Origin: Polyangium mundeleinium
GTDB lineage: Bacteria; Myxococcota_A; Polyangia; Polyangiales; Polyangiaceae
Reading direction: 5' to 3'
NCBI RefSeq assembly: GCF_028369105.1
Contig: NZ_JAQNDO010000001.1
Coordinates: 2,035,711 to 2,099,710, forward strand
DNA length: 64,000 nt
Part shown: piece after piece, positions 34,214-44,226 of the stretch
Numbering within the stretch: the stretch's first letter is position 1
Layout of the letters: every line of letters starts with the position of its first letter
The notes under the pieces: model-generated
Databases searched by the model: none
What the model was told of the DNA's origin: nothing
Seen by the model: the letters and a program-made list of their open reading frames with translations, nothing else
Made by a program: the position numbers and the translations under genes

Positions 34214-36472
34214 TTAGCGCCCGCCTCGACCCACGGGCTGCGATTGCACCACGCGGCCCAGCGCCAGCACGCGCAGCGTGATCGACTCGTTGTCTGCCGG
34301 ATCCTGCTGCGGGTGCGGCTCGGCAATGGCTCGCACACGTAGCCGCGGGAAGAGCGGCAGCTTCTCCGACAGCACCTCCGGCATGTACGTCGGCAGCGGC
34401 GAACCGCTGCCCAGAGAGAGCAATCCGCCGATGTGCTCCCCGCCGAAGAGCTTGCGCTTCAGGTAATGACGCTCCTCGATCAGGATTCGCTGCGCCGTCG
34501 TTTCAAGGTAATCCGACGCGAGCGACCGATTGGCCTGGGCAAACGCCTGCCGCACGCGCGACAAGGCCCCCTCGAGGAGCGGCACCGCCGCGCTCCGCGG
34601 CCCCCGGCAGAGCTCCTCCGCCGCGTCGAGCGCCTCCTTCAGCCGCTTGTCCGCCGCGGCGAGCTGCGAGGCCACGGCGATCGTCGTTTTCAGCGTCTCC
34701 AGCGGGTCGCAGGTCATCGCGAGCTCGCCGTTCACGATCACCAGCGGCTGCTCGAAGATCCCATCCTCGTCGATGGCCTCCTCCATCACGCGGGCCATGC
34801 CGATCGCGTCGAGCGGCGGCACGCGGCCGAGCGCGCGCCGGATGTCGCGGCGATCCGTCACGGCCTGCGTCGGCTCCTCCGGCTCCTCGCCCGTGAGCCA
34901 TTCCGTCGGGCGCTGCGGATCCCGCAGGTAGGACGCCCACGCCGATTGCTGTCGCACCCGCTGCGGCGCGTGTTCGTCGAACCAGATCAAATCGACGTAT
35001 TCGGCGGCCGGCGCGCGGCGTCGCACGGGCACGCTCGTCGAGATCACGGGCGCCGCCGGCTCGGGGCGCGGTGCGGCGACGGCCGCCGCATCCGAGGCCG
35101 CCGCGAGCCCGCCGAGCGTCGCCTGGGCATCATGCACGGGCGGCGGCGCGACAGGCGCGGGCGGCGGGACGGCGACGGGCGCGGGCGGCGCGACGGGCGC
35201 GGGCGGAGGGGCATACAGCGGCGGCGCAGCCGGGGGCGCGGGGGTTGGCGCGCTGATCGACGAGGCCGGCGCACTCAGGAAGGGGAGGCGCCCGCCGGGC
35301 GCGGGGGGGCGGGCCGCCGCCTCGGGGGTGGCGCTCGGGGTCGACTGGAAAGGCAAGACGCGCCCGGACGCGGCCTGCACGAGGCTCGGATCGGCGATCG
35401 TCTGGGCCGGTGGCGGCCTTGGCTTCGTGGACTTGATCTCCGCCTCCTCGGTCGGCGGGATCGATTTCTGCGGTCGTGATGGCGCTTCGGGCGCGGCCGC
35501 GGCCTTCGAGGGCGGCGCGCTGTCGAGCCATATCTTCACCTCGCCCGGCTCGTCGCGCAGGCGCATGGGGATCTGCGCGCGGAACGTCAGCGTGCAGAGC
35601 AGCCGATCGGTGTCGATCCACAACGTATCGGCGCGCATCGGCTGCGCGCCTTGCCCGCGGCCCTCGACCAGGAACACCGGCGCGAGGCCCGGCAGGCTCG
35701 TGACGAGCCGCGGCACGCTGGGGTGCAGGTTTTCGAGGAGGATCCGCGCGTTCGCGGGGAGGAAATCGGTCTGCTGATCCGGCGGCGCTGCATTGAAGTA
35801 GCGGAAATCGAAGCCGTCGGGGATGTGCGATTCGTACCAGCGATCGGGCAGGCTGCCGCGGGCGAGCGCGCCGAGCCGCTCGCGCCGCGCGGGCCAGGAA
35901 GGCGCGAGAGGGCCAAACCCGACGGGCTCGACGAAATCGGCCGGGGCGCGGACCGTGACGCCGGGCCACGTGATGTTCGGCATGCGCACGCGCCCCATCG
36001 CGTCGGCCCATCCCGCGCGCACGCCGACCGGATTCGCCGTGTCCGGCCCGCCGCCGGCCCGCTCGTAGACGAGCGGCATTCGCGTGAAACGTTGCCCCTC
36101 GGCGAGAGAGCCGTCGGGCTGGAACCAGCGATCCTGGGTGACCTCGATCGATTTGTCGACCTCGCCCACGAGGAGGCGCGCGACGACCGAACGCGCGGGG
36201 ACCTGCTGCGGCGCGTGCGCGGAGCCCACGAGGAGCACGTCCGCGCGCGGCTTGAAGGGGACGACGTCGCTCGGGACGCGCAGGCTGCGGTTCGTGTCAT
36301 CGTCCCAGTGCTCGTCGGCGGCGGCGATGTCTTCCGGGTCCTCCGCGAGCGGGGACGTGCCCGGCGCGAGGGAAAACGTCGCCTTGCAGACGACCGTGAA
36401 CACCCACCCCTGCGCTCGATTCGGCCAGATCAAGGACGCACAGGGGAACGGGGCATTCGAGACGATTTGCAT
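34214..36472 (-). CDS. DUF2169-family protein (T6SS effector-associated adaptor family) with a long Pro/Ala-rich C-terminal extension
   Basis: The N-terminus MQIVSNAPFPCASLIWPNRAQGWVFTVVCKATFSL resembles the DUF2169 signature as I recall it (M.i.N.tPf......d.dG....vvvvKaTf.l; uncertain); convergent with the PAAR gene (2-nt gap between stops). Confidence 0.6.
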   Translation of the reverse strand: MQIVSNAPFPCASLIWPNRAQGWVFTVVCKATFSLAPGTSPLAEDPEDIAAADEHWDDDTNRSLRVPSDVVPFKPRADVLLVGSAHAPQQVPARSVVARLLVGEVDKSIEVTQDRWFQPDGSLAEGQRFTRMPLVYERAGGGPDTANPVGVRAGWADAMGRVRMPNITWPGVTVRAPADFVEPVGFGPLAPSWPARRERLGALARGSLPDRWYESHIPDGFDFRYFNAAPPDQQTDFLPANARILLENLHPSVPRLVTSLPGLAPVFLVEGRGQGAQPMRADTLWIDTDRLLCTLTFRAQIPMRLRDEPGEVKIWLDSAPPSKAAAAPEAPSRPQKSIPPTEEAEIKSTKPRPPPAQTIADPSLVQAASGRVLPFQSTPSATPEAAARPPAPGGRLPFLSAPASSISAPTPAPPAAPPLYAPPPAPVAPPAPVAVPPPAPVAPPPVHDAQATLGGLAAASDAAAVAAPRPEPAAPVISTSVPVRRRAPAAEYVDLIWFDEHAPQRVRQQSAWASYLRDPQRPTEWLTGEEPEEPTQAVTDRRDIRRALGRVPPLDAIGMARVMEEAIDEDGIFEQPLVIVNGELAMTCDPLETLKTTIAVASQLAAADKRLKEALDAAEELCRGPRSAAVPLLEGALSRVRQAFAQANRSLASDYLETTAQRILIEERHYLKRKLFGGEHIGGLLSLGSGSPLPTYMPEVLSEKLPLFPRLRVRAIAEPHPQQDPADNESITLRVLALGRVVQSQPVGRGGR

Positions 36473-36637
36473 TGGATCCCGCCTGCTCGAAAAGAAAAGA
36501 GTAGGCGAACGAGAGGGGTCTTGTCAACGCGCCGCCGTGGACGTCGGCGCGTTCCAGGGGGAGCCCCCTGTCCCCCGACCGATCGGGCACGACGCCGCCG
36601 TGGTAACTTCTTCCCGTATGCTGTAGGCTGGGGAACC

Positions 36638-37543
36638 ATGAACGTTCGGAATCATTTTTATCGAAGTGCTGCGCTCCTCGGTCTTTGCCCCATTCCTGGT
36701 ACGCTCGGCGCACACGTCGCGCATGGGGATGTGTTCGCGTACGATCCCCCCGGGCTCGCGGTGACGTACATCAAGGGCCGCTTCACGGACCATGATCTGG
36801 GCGTGGGGACGATCCGCTGGCGGGAGACGCCGGCGTCTGACAGTTACCTCGCCGAGACCAACGTCACGGGCGACGTCATCACGTCCTCGTATGGCACCGA
36901 CGTGCTCTCCGTGGTCACCGTGAAGGAGGACAATGGCACGATTCGCTCGACCGAGGTCGAGGAGTCGTGGCAGGGCTGCTCCCTCACGCAGCGCGCGCGG
37001 CCGCTCGGCGGGTCGAATTCGCAATGGCTGACGCACGAGGGGACGTGGGACGGCCAGGTGTATCATTACGCGCAGGAGCGGTTCACGCGCACCCGCGGCC
37101 AGAAGCAGTTGTTCTACGGCCAGCGGCAGCCCGATGGATCCTGGAGCGAGTCGTATGTCTACAACGGGGTCGGCACGGACATCGACGAGACGTGGGGCGG
37201 TAACGTCGAGGGGACGACGTGGGTCAACTGGCTTATCAACTGGGGCGACGCGTACATCTTCGGCAGCGACACGATGTACCTCGACGGCTCCCGCCGCCGG
37301 ACGATCGAGGAGGTCTTCGAGACCTGCGGCGATTCGTACGACTTCACGATCGGCTATGACGGCTCCGGCACGGGGACGAGCACGCGCTGCGAGGTGGTCT
37401 ACCCCTATCCGGACGACCCCGAATGGTATGACATCGTCTACTCGAACTGCACGATGAAGATCTCGAACGGCGCGTGCTCGCGGACGTGTACGGACGGCGG
37501 CACCTATTCGTGCGAGTACGCCATGTCCTCGGTCGTGTACTGA
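36638..37543 (+). CDS. hypothetical Trp/Tyr/Gly-rich secreted protein
   Basis: MNVRNHFYRSAALLGLCPIPG...; its 5' codons are AT-richer than the genomic background; divergent from the DUF2169-like gene. Confidence 0.55.
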   Translation: MNVRNHFYRSAALLGLCPIPGTLGAHVAHGDVFAYDPPGLAVTYIKGRFTDHDLGVGTIRWRETPASDSYLAETNVTGDVITSSYGTDVLSVVTVKEDNGTIRSTEVEESWQGCSLTQRARPLGGSNSQWLTHEGTWDGQVYHYAQERFTRTRGQKQLFYGQRQPDGSWSESYVYNGVGTDIDETWGGNVEGTTWVNWLINWGDAYIFGSDTMYLDGSRRRTIEEVFETCGDSYDFTIGYDGSGTGTSTRCEVVYPYPDDPEWYDIVYSNCTMKISNGACSRTCTDGGTYSCEYAMSSVVY

Positions 37544-37577
37544 AAGAGCGCTCCCCCCCGCGGCGCCCCGATCGCCG

Positions 37578-38690
37578 CTACTGGCACACGCCGAACTCGG
37601 GATGGCCGGGGATGCCGTACGTCGAGCACGTCGCGTCCCCAGTGCAGGGGTGCGCGGCGTCGCAATACGCGAGGCACCGGCGATCGCCGGTGGACCAAGC
37701 GACGCCGCACCGGGCGTTCACGCCGCAATCGGCGTCCTTGGCGCAGACGTCGCCGACGGCCACCGCGCCGGCATGACCACAAGCGAAGCCGCCGGTGGTG
37801 CTGGAGAAATCCACGATCCCGTCCTTGTCGAGGACCGTGCGGTCGCGGCAGGTCGCGCCCGCCTCACAACCATTGCCGAACGGCGCGCAGGTCGGGATGC
37901 AGAGGCCGCCGAGGGGCGAAGCGTACGGGTAGGCGAGGCAGAGCTCGTTCGCGCTGCAATCGGTCGACTTCGTGCAGAACGAGCGGCAGGCGAAGCTGCT
38001 GGCCGGCTTCGCGTCGTCGGTGCAGAGCAAGCCCGGGGCGCAGTTGTCCTCGCCGAAGGCGGTGCGCGTACATGTCGCGCCCTCCGCGACGGCGCCGCCG
38101 GCGGCCTCGCAGACCGAGAAGTAGCTCGTCTTTTGGCCCGCAGGGTCGACCATCGTGCATTCCTTCCCGGCGCCGCAGGTTTGCCCCATGAGGTCACAGC
38201 AGGCGCTCGTGGCGCCCGCGGGGAGCGCTTGCTCGGGGAGCGCGATGCTGCACGAGCCGGCGCTTTCGTCCGTCATGTAGCTGCAGTCCAGCATCAGACT
38301 GCCGTTTTTTTCGAGCTTGGCGGTGCATTCATAAGGAAACTTCGTCGTGGTGACGTGATGGAGGACGCCCGAGAGGGTCGCGGTGGGGCCCTCGACGGTG
38401 CCGGTCAGCACGCCCATGTTGGTGGACACGGTGAGCGCACAGCTATTCTGCGCGACGCAGGCCCCCTTGAGCATCACTCCTATGCCGGCGCTGCATGAAA
38501 GGACCTCCCCCACGACGAACGTGCCGGAGAAATCGGCGCAGTCCGGCCCGCCGCCGCTGCCGCCGGCGCCACCAGTGCCGCCACTGCCACCGGCGCCTCC
38601 ACTGCCGCCGGAGTTCGATTCCGAGCATCCAAAGGTCGCGAGGGATGTGAAGAGAAGACACGCGAGAAGAACGCGAGTACGAGCGTGCAT
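37578..38690 (-). CDS. Cys-rich secreted lipoprotein (about 40 Cys)
   Basis: Start ATG 38690 at MHARTRVLLACLLFTSLATFGC (lipobox), (GGSGGAGG)n linker; the upstream 293 aa of the listed ORF are Arg-rich junk. Confidence 0.7.
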   Translation of the reverse strand: MHARTRVLLACLLFTSLATFGCSESNSGGSGGAGGSGGTGGAGGSGGGPDCADFSGTFVVGEVLSCSAGIGVMLKGACVAQNSCALTVSTNMGVLTGTVEGPTATLSGVLHHVTTTKFPYECTAKLEKNGSLMLDCSYMTDESAGSCSIALPEQALPAGATSACCDLMGQTCGAGKECTMVDPAGQKTSYFSVCEAAGGAVAEGATCTRTAFGEDNCAPGLLCTDDAKPASSFACRSFCTKSTDCSANELCLAYPYASPLGGLCIPTCAPFGNGCEAGATCRDRTVLDKDGIVDFSSTTGGFACGHAGAVAVGDVCAKDADCGVNARCGVAWSTGDRRCLAYCDAAHPCTGDATCSTYGIPGHPEFGVCQ

Positions 38691-38941
38691 GATCGATGAG
38701 CTCCGAGGTGTACCTGCGGTCCGCACAATGTGGACCGCGGATGCGGCGCGCCCCTTGGCAACCGCCGTACCATCTCGGAATGTCGCGGGTTTTGCCGGGC
38801 ACACCCTCGGGAATGTGGGGATTTCGTCGCGCCAGGGTACGCGCACTCTGCGCCGCCGGCAGGACATGCGCGTCGGGGCCTTCGGCGCGCGCGCTCGTGG
38901 ATCCTGTTGGAATCGTGCCCCGCGCGCCGGAATTGTGCCTC

Positions 38942-40243
38942 TCAGTGGCAGCAGGTCTTGCTGTTCCAGGCCACGCTGCCGCCGGACCGATAGATCACGA
39001 CGTTGCCGTCGTTTTGCACGGCGAGATTGGCATAACGGCTCGCGGTGCTGTTCGAGCCCGTGGCCCACACGGGCTCGCCCGTGGACTTGTAGATGACGAG
39101 GTTTCCGTCCTCCTGCATGATGACGCGGTCCCCGCCGTCGCCGTTCGTGCCCGAGGCCCAGAGCGCATTGCCGCCCATGTAGAGCACGAGGTTGCCGTCG
39201 CTCTGGAACTTGAGCTGGAAGCGGCCGTCGCACGACCAGACGGACTGCTCCGTCCCGAGCCCCTGGCCGGCATTCAGCCAGCCGCAGCCCGAGGGCGACG
39301 CATAGGAGGCGTAACGCGACCAGATGCCTGCGCGATCGTCGTCCGCGAGCGAGGTGTCGTTGCCGGTGTAATACGCGTACATGGTCGCGTTCGAGACGGT
39401 CGAATGGCCGAGGCCGAGGGCGTGCCCGACCTCGTGCAGGGCGACGGTCTCGAGGTACGCCGACGACCACGATTCGGCGTCGTCGAAGTGCACATCGCCT
39501 CCGAGGCCGCTGCCCGGCGAATAGGCGTGGGCGAGGACGCCGGACGAGCCGTCGAAGGCACTGCTGCACCCATGGCTACCGGTATAGAACCCGAACGAGA
39601 TGTTCTCGCCCGAGCTCACCTCGGAGAAGCTGAAGGTCGAGGACGAGGTCCACGAGAAGAGCGCGCTCTCAATGGCGGATCGGACCGAGGCCTGGGCGAA
39701 GTCCGAGGTATAATTCGCGAATCGATAGGAGAGGGCCGTGGACGACCAGGTCCCCCCGAAGTGGGTGTAGGGGTTGTCGATGTCCAGGGTCGGCACGACG
39801 CTCGGCGGATCGTAATAATCGGGGTGGCTGCAGCGCGGCATCTGCATGATCCGGTGCGTCTCGGCGTCGACGACGCCGGTCACGGGCAGGCCCTGCTGGG
39901 CCTGGTAGAGCCGCACGCCCTCTTCGAGCGCCTCGTCGAAGAGCTCCGGATCGGCCGGCTCGCGCGAGACGGCGGGGGTCCAATCCGGGTAATGCTCGGC
40001 GAGCTCCTCGTTCTGGAAGTAACCATAACGGCGCAGATACTCGTACACCGCCCGCACGTCCTTGCCCTGCGCCCCGAGGCCGAGGCCCGCGGCGCCCTCG
40101 GCGGCCACGGCATTCTCGTCACCGAGCGTCGTGACGTCGTCGGCCGCGCATCCCACGAGGGCGAGCGAGGCGGAGGCGGCGAGGGGCGCGAGGAAGAGAG
40201 CAAGGCGAGAATCGAAGCGGTTCGTCGAGGCCATGGGATCCAT
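38942..40243 (-). CDS. matrixin (M10A, MMP-like) zinc metalloprotease lipoprotein with PG-binding-like prodomain, cysteine switch, and a C-terminal triple bulb-type lectin domain
   Basis: Lipobox SASLALVGC; VRLYQAQQGLPVTGVVDAETHRIMQMPRCSHPD (cysteine switch PRCxxPD); VALHEVGHALGLGHS (HExxHxxGxxH); ATMYAYY Met-turn; three QxDGNLVxY motifs. Confidence 0.9.
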   Translation of the reverse strand: MDPMASTNRFDSRLALFLAPLAASASLALVGCAADDVTTLGDENAVAAEGAAGLGLGAQGKDVRAVYEYLRRYGYFQNEELAEHYPDWTPAVSREPADPELFDEALEEGVRLYQAQQGLPVTGVVDAETHRIMQMPRCSHPDYYDPPSVVPTLDIDNPYTHFGGTWSSTALSYRFANYTSDFAQASVRSAIESALFSWTSSSTFSFSEVSSGENISFGFYTGSHGCSSAFDGSSGVLAHAYSPGSGLGGDVHFDDAESWSSAYLETVALHEVGHALGLGHSTVSNATMYAYYTGNDTSLADDDRAGIWSRYASYASPSGCGWLNAGQGLGTEQSVWSCDGRFQLKFQSDGNLVLYMGGNALWASGTNGDGGDRVIMQEDGNLVIYKSTGEPVWATGSNSTASRYANLAVQNDGNVVIYRSGGSVAWNSKTCCH

Positions 40244-40499
40244 TCTCCGTGTGCGAGGGATGTGGACCCCTATCGCAACGGGCATGCCAGGGCGGTTGGG
40301 GGCGACGACGTTGGGGCTATCCTGCGGGAAGGAAGGAGGTTTTCTGCTTCGGCGCGCGGCGGCGGAGGACGGGGCGCGTCGGGACCTGGCGGTGGCAGCC
40401 TCCAGGCATGGAGGTGGGAACCGCCAATGGGACCGTCGGCGTGACGAAGCAGGTGGGGGCGGGGCGTCACCCAGGTCCGCGCGCGTGGTGAAGCGGCCA

Positions 40500-40760
40500 G
40501 GTGAGCCCGGTTCGAGGCAGGGACGGGCGTGGCGGCGGTGGGGCGAGGCGTCACCTGGGCGAGGTCACGGCGTGCGCGGGGGTGGATCGGGAGGGAGGTG
40601 GTGGTTACCGGGCGTGATGGGCGGGAGGTGAGGGGGGATCTGGGCGGCGCGGGACGTGCGCGGGGGAAGGTGAGGGCGAACGTGGGGGATTTTCGGGTGG
40701 CGCGGGGGTGGGTGAGGGGTTGCTCAATCGATGGGGGTCAGGTGGCCGCCGTGGGCGCGG
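40500..40760 (+). other. G-rich tract cluster (potential G-quadruplex motifs) in a gene-free region
   Basis: Runs such as gggcgggaggtgaggggggat, gcgggggtgggtgaggggtt, gtgggggatt; no credible ORF on either strand. Confidence 0.4.
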
Positions 40761-40774
40761 AGTTCCAGCAGGAT

Positions 40775-40851
40775 GCGGGAGCGGCAAGCGGGAGCGGAGG
40801 CGGAAGCGGGAGCGGAGGCGGAAGCGGAGGCGGAAGCGGCAGCGGCAAGCG
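40775..40851. repeat. intergenic (GCGGRA)n hexamer microsatellite with GCGGCAAGCG variant
   Basis: gcgggagcggcaagcgggagcggaggcggaagcgggagcggaggcggaagcggaggcggaagcggcagcggcaagcg. Confidence 0.8.
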
Positions 40852-41667
40852 ACGGTGAGGCATGACACGAAGAGCTTGCGGGCTTGCGTTCGCAAGTGGC
40901 TTGCGCGTGTCCTGGGAAAATCGGGCCTCGCGGGCAGGATCCAGCACGCGAGCGCTGGGTCATCGTGCTCGCTCGTCGTCGTAATCGTCGAGTTGTGCGT
41001 CGTGGCCGGGGTGCGTGCTCGTGTGGCGTCGCGAGTTGCGTGGTGGGTACGTGGACGCCTTCCGGCGTGCGTGGAGGCGGTCCCGTGAACGCGTTCGCGC
41101 TCCACCGGACGGGCTCGGATGCCGCTGCCAGGGGTTGCGCACATGGCGGCCTGAGAGCGCGAGGGCGAAGCCGAAGTCCCCACCTCGGAGCGGAGCTGCA
41201 CAGGCCAGCAAGCGCCGCCCGCGGGTGAAAGGCCCCACCATTCGGTCAATGACGGGGGACCGCGGGGAGTTCTGCCGTGGCGGACGGTTGTGGATTCTGC
41301 TTGTCGTCGGGCGTAAGTTGTGAGATCTGTTGCCTTGTGAATTGTGGCGCTGTCGCGCGGCTCCGGTCAGCGAACATGCGTATCGGCATTTGCATCTCAC
41401 GGTTCACAGGTAGCAGAACAACGACGCCCAAAGCGCCGCACTCGATGCTGGCAGCAACCGGCCGCTGCTGCCGAATTGCAGAACTCCGCGGGTTCGACGG
41501 CGGCTATATATAGCACGGAATTGTATGGTTAGGCCGCAGGTTATGCGGCGGCAGGCTCATTGCACAGTTGGAACGGCCGAACGAGGGTCGCCCGAGCGAC
41601 GGCGAGTCAAGCAGATGACAAGGTCCGAGAACCCAGCCTCCACTGACCCTCAGCGAATGGCATCGAC

Positions 41668-42450
41668 GTGCTGACCATCCATAAAGCGCAGATGCATGCG
41701 CTGCGTGCGGCGCTCCGCGACGCCTTTGTGGAGCAGATGATCGTTCACCTCGCACGCTTCTCACGCCCGTCCTTCGGGGCCCTGGAGGAGGATCAGAGGC
41801 GGAAGGTCGTTCATCTCGGCCTGGGCAGGGCGGATTCGTACGGTCTCACGTTCGAGGGGCCGGTCCGTCTCTACCTCGAGTTGATGACCCTCTTGGGGAG
41901 CGATTTCGACACGGATCCTCAATACCCTTGGGCCGGCGAGATCCTGAACGCCCGGGACTCGGGCCCCCAGATGCAACGCGCAACCCTGCTCTACCAGAAG
42001 ACGTTGGAGTATCGAACCGCCGTGTTCGGCCCTGGGGATGTGCATACCCTGGACGCGTTCGGAGGAATCCAAGCCCTGGCGCGGCAAGCCTTCGCGCCGC
42101 TCGCGGGAGACCTGGAAACAACTCTGCCACCGTGGATCGCGTCGATCCATCCCCAGAAGGCCGCTTTTCTTGGGTCGGGCGCCCTCGCGGCGCTCGTCCG
42201 TGAGGGGCTCGACAAGGCACGCGTACTAGCATCCTCCACCGATCGCGAGGTCGCTTTCATCGTCGTGTTCATGCTGATGTTCGGCCACGGCTGCATCGAC
42301 GATCCCCTCCATCCGTGGATCGGGCGAGCCTTGAGCAACGACGGAATCACCGAATCAATCGGTCGTGCAAAACGGTTGGAGCAGGGTCTGTCGGCGTGGC
42401 TCGATCAGGCACGCGTTCCGTTCGCCGAGACCAAACACACCTTCAGGTAG
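41668..42450 (+). CDS. hypothetical protein (lower-GC island)
   Basis: 260-aa ORF with a plausible non-Arg-rich composition, followed 4 nt later by the next gene. Confidence 0.5.
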   Translation: MLTIHKAQMHALRAALRDAFVEQMIVHLARFSRPSFGALEEDQRRKVVHLGLGRADSYGLTFEGPVRLYLELMTLLGSDFDTDPQYPWAGEILNARDSGPQMQRATLLYQKTLEYRTAVFGPGDVHTLDAFGGIQALARQAFAPLAGDLETTLPPWIASIHPQKAAFLGSGALAALVREGLDKARVLASSTDREVAFIVVFMLMFGHGCIDDPLHPWIGRALSNDGITESIGRAKRLEQGLSAWLDQARVPFAETKHTFR

Positions 42451-42454
42451 ACAC

Positions 42455-43342
42455 ATGCCGCTAGGATCCGAACCCACGAACCCGGCGCAGGGCACCACTG
42501 CATCGAGCGAAGCTGCGGAAGCGGTGGCGGCATGCCCTCTCGATCGGCTCCAACCCGCCTTGGCGTGGAACGACCAGCTAGGGGGCCTGAACCTGACTTG
42601 GGAGGTGCTCGACTGTGCGCTGCAGAGCGACGTGACCATCGAGGTCTACTTCGCGAGCGGCCCTGCCTACGCGGACCGCCTCGAGACCGCGGTCTTCACG
42701 CATGTGGTCCCCGCCGGCACCGCGGTTGGTCAGGGCGGGCCAGTCCACGTCCCCGGAGGAGATCTCAGCAATGATCCCGCTGGCACGACGCACCTCATCG
42801 CCACGGGCAAGCCGACCACCTTGGTCGGCCCGATCGCAGACGTCCGCATCGTCTTCGGCGCAAACGCGGACGCGGGAGCGGTCTCCGCGGGCATGACGGA
42901 TATTGTCAAGGACGGCCTCCGCGCCGCGGGCGCCGCGGTGGGCACAATCACCAGCACCGCGCGCACGCCCGCCGATCAGGCGCGAGCGATGTTCAACAAC
43001 ATCCAGAATACTGGCACGGCCGAGCAGCAACAGTTGTACGGCCCCGCCGGTGACGCGGTGATCCAGAGATACATCGACGCAACGCAGAACCTGACCCCGG
43101 CCCAGATCCAGGCACAGAGCACGCAGATCCAGCAGGCGATGACCGACGAGATCAATGCTCAGGGACCGGAGAACGTCTCCAGGCACTGCGGCGATCCGGC
43201 GGTCCGCAGCGTGGTCGACATTTCATACAACTCCTTCAACGCGACGAATCGTCCCCTCTTCCGCACTTCAGTCTCCGCCCGTGTGACGCGGCTCCTCGAT
43301 GAGCCGAACAACAACTGCTTCCATCTCGAGCTGACCAACTGA
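42455..43342 (+). CDS. hypothetical protein; weak LAS/M15-peptidase-like motifs (STARTPADQ ... H)
   Basis: Start taken at MPLGSEP (ATG 42455), immediately after the upstream stop; the listed ORF begins earlier at 42365. Confidence 0.45.
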   Translation: MPLGSEPTNPAQGTTASSEAAEAVAACPLDRLQPALAWNDQLGGLNLTWEVLDCALQSDVTIEVYFASGPAYADRLETAVFTHVVPAGTAVGQGGPVHVPGGDLSNDPAGTTHLIATGKPTTLVGPIADVRIVFGANADAGAVSAGMTDIVKDGLRAAGAAVGTITSTARTPADQARAMFNNIQNTGTAEQQQLYGPAGDAVIQRYIDATQNLTPAQIQAQSTQIQQAMTDEINAQGPENVSRHCGDPAVRSVVDISYNSFNATNRPLFRTSVSARVTRLLDEPNNNCFHLELTN

Positions 43343-43837
43343 CGTGACCTTGCCCTACGCCTCGCTGACAACCCGCAGGAATTCACAAGGGTGCGGGCTC
43401 ATCGCCGTGACTCCGGATCCCTGCGGATCGATTCTATGTTGGAGTTGTCGTACACGTCCCACATCGCGCTTCTCCTCGGTCGCATGGCACACCTTTGCGT
43501 TCAAGTGCAGAATCACCCGCTCGTCGACCGTAAGCTGAACGAGCGCGCGCAGGGCGATTGCTTTCGCAAAGCACTCTGGGTCGTCTTGCAATCGCAAGGC
43601 GATGCGGAGCTCTCAAGTGGGGCAACGGAAATGCGCAGTGACTCTCTTGGCTCGTTGCACGATACTCCATATCCGATCGCGTTGTCGGGGCATTGTGTGA
43701 TTCATGTGGATCCGAACCGTGTCCAGATACGGCCCGGAGCGCATTCAAAGAATTGTTTGCTTCAAATGCTGCCAAAAGGGCTGCATTCCTTGCGGCGGTT
43801 GGGCGGGTAGACCGCGATCCCCCAAGCCCACTAATTC

Positions 43838-43872
43838 CAGGCGAGTGACAAACAATCAATCCCCCGGCAAAG
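43838..43872 (-). terminator. intrinsic-terminator-like hairpin on the minus strand (ccccccggctttgccggggg followed by AUUGAUUGUUUGU)
   Basis: 7-8 bp GC stem, 5-nt loop, U-rich tail when read on the minus strand. Confidence 0.4.
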
Positions 43873-44226
43873 CCGGGGGGTTCGATGCTGCGGCCCATGG
43901 TGGATGGCCCCGCCCAGGACATGGACGGACGTGACCCCCGACACATAACAGTCCTCCACCAAACGCCTGGCGGCCGGAGGTCCGTCACTTTTCGCGTTAC
44001 CTTGCCGAAGCCGGCGCCCTCGTTCGATCACGCGGCTGCATCCGTGTCCGTGCCCGTCATAGCGCCGCCCACACCGAAAAAGCAGCGGCCCACGCTGCGG
44101 CGTCCCCTGGTCGACAGCGACAAACAAGGCATCCCCACGAGCGGTTTGTCCGCGGACCAGAAGGGTTCGTCCGCGGACTCTTCCTTCTAGGATCCGAGCC
44201 TCCGAGTGTGCTCAAGTTCGATCCTC

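Noticed and set aside
43355-44127. Small minus ORFs 43355..43597 and 43831..44127 as possible mobile-element or regulator remnants.
   Set aside because: No recognisable transposase/integrase motifs; too weak to call.
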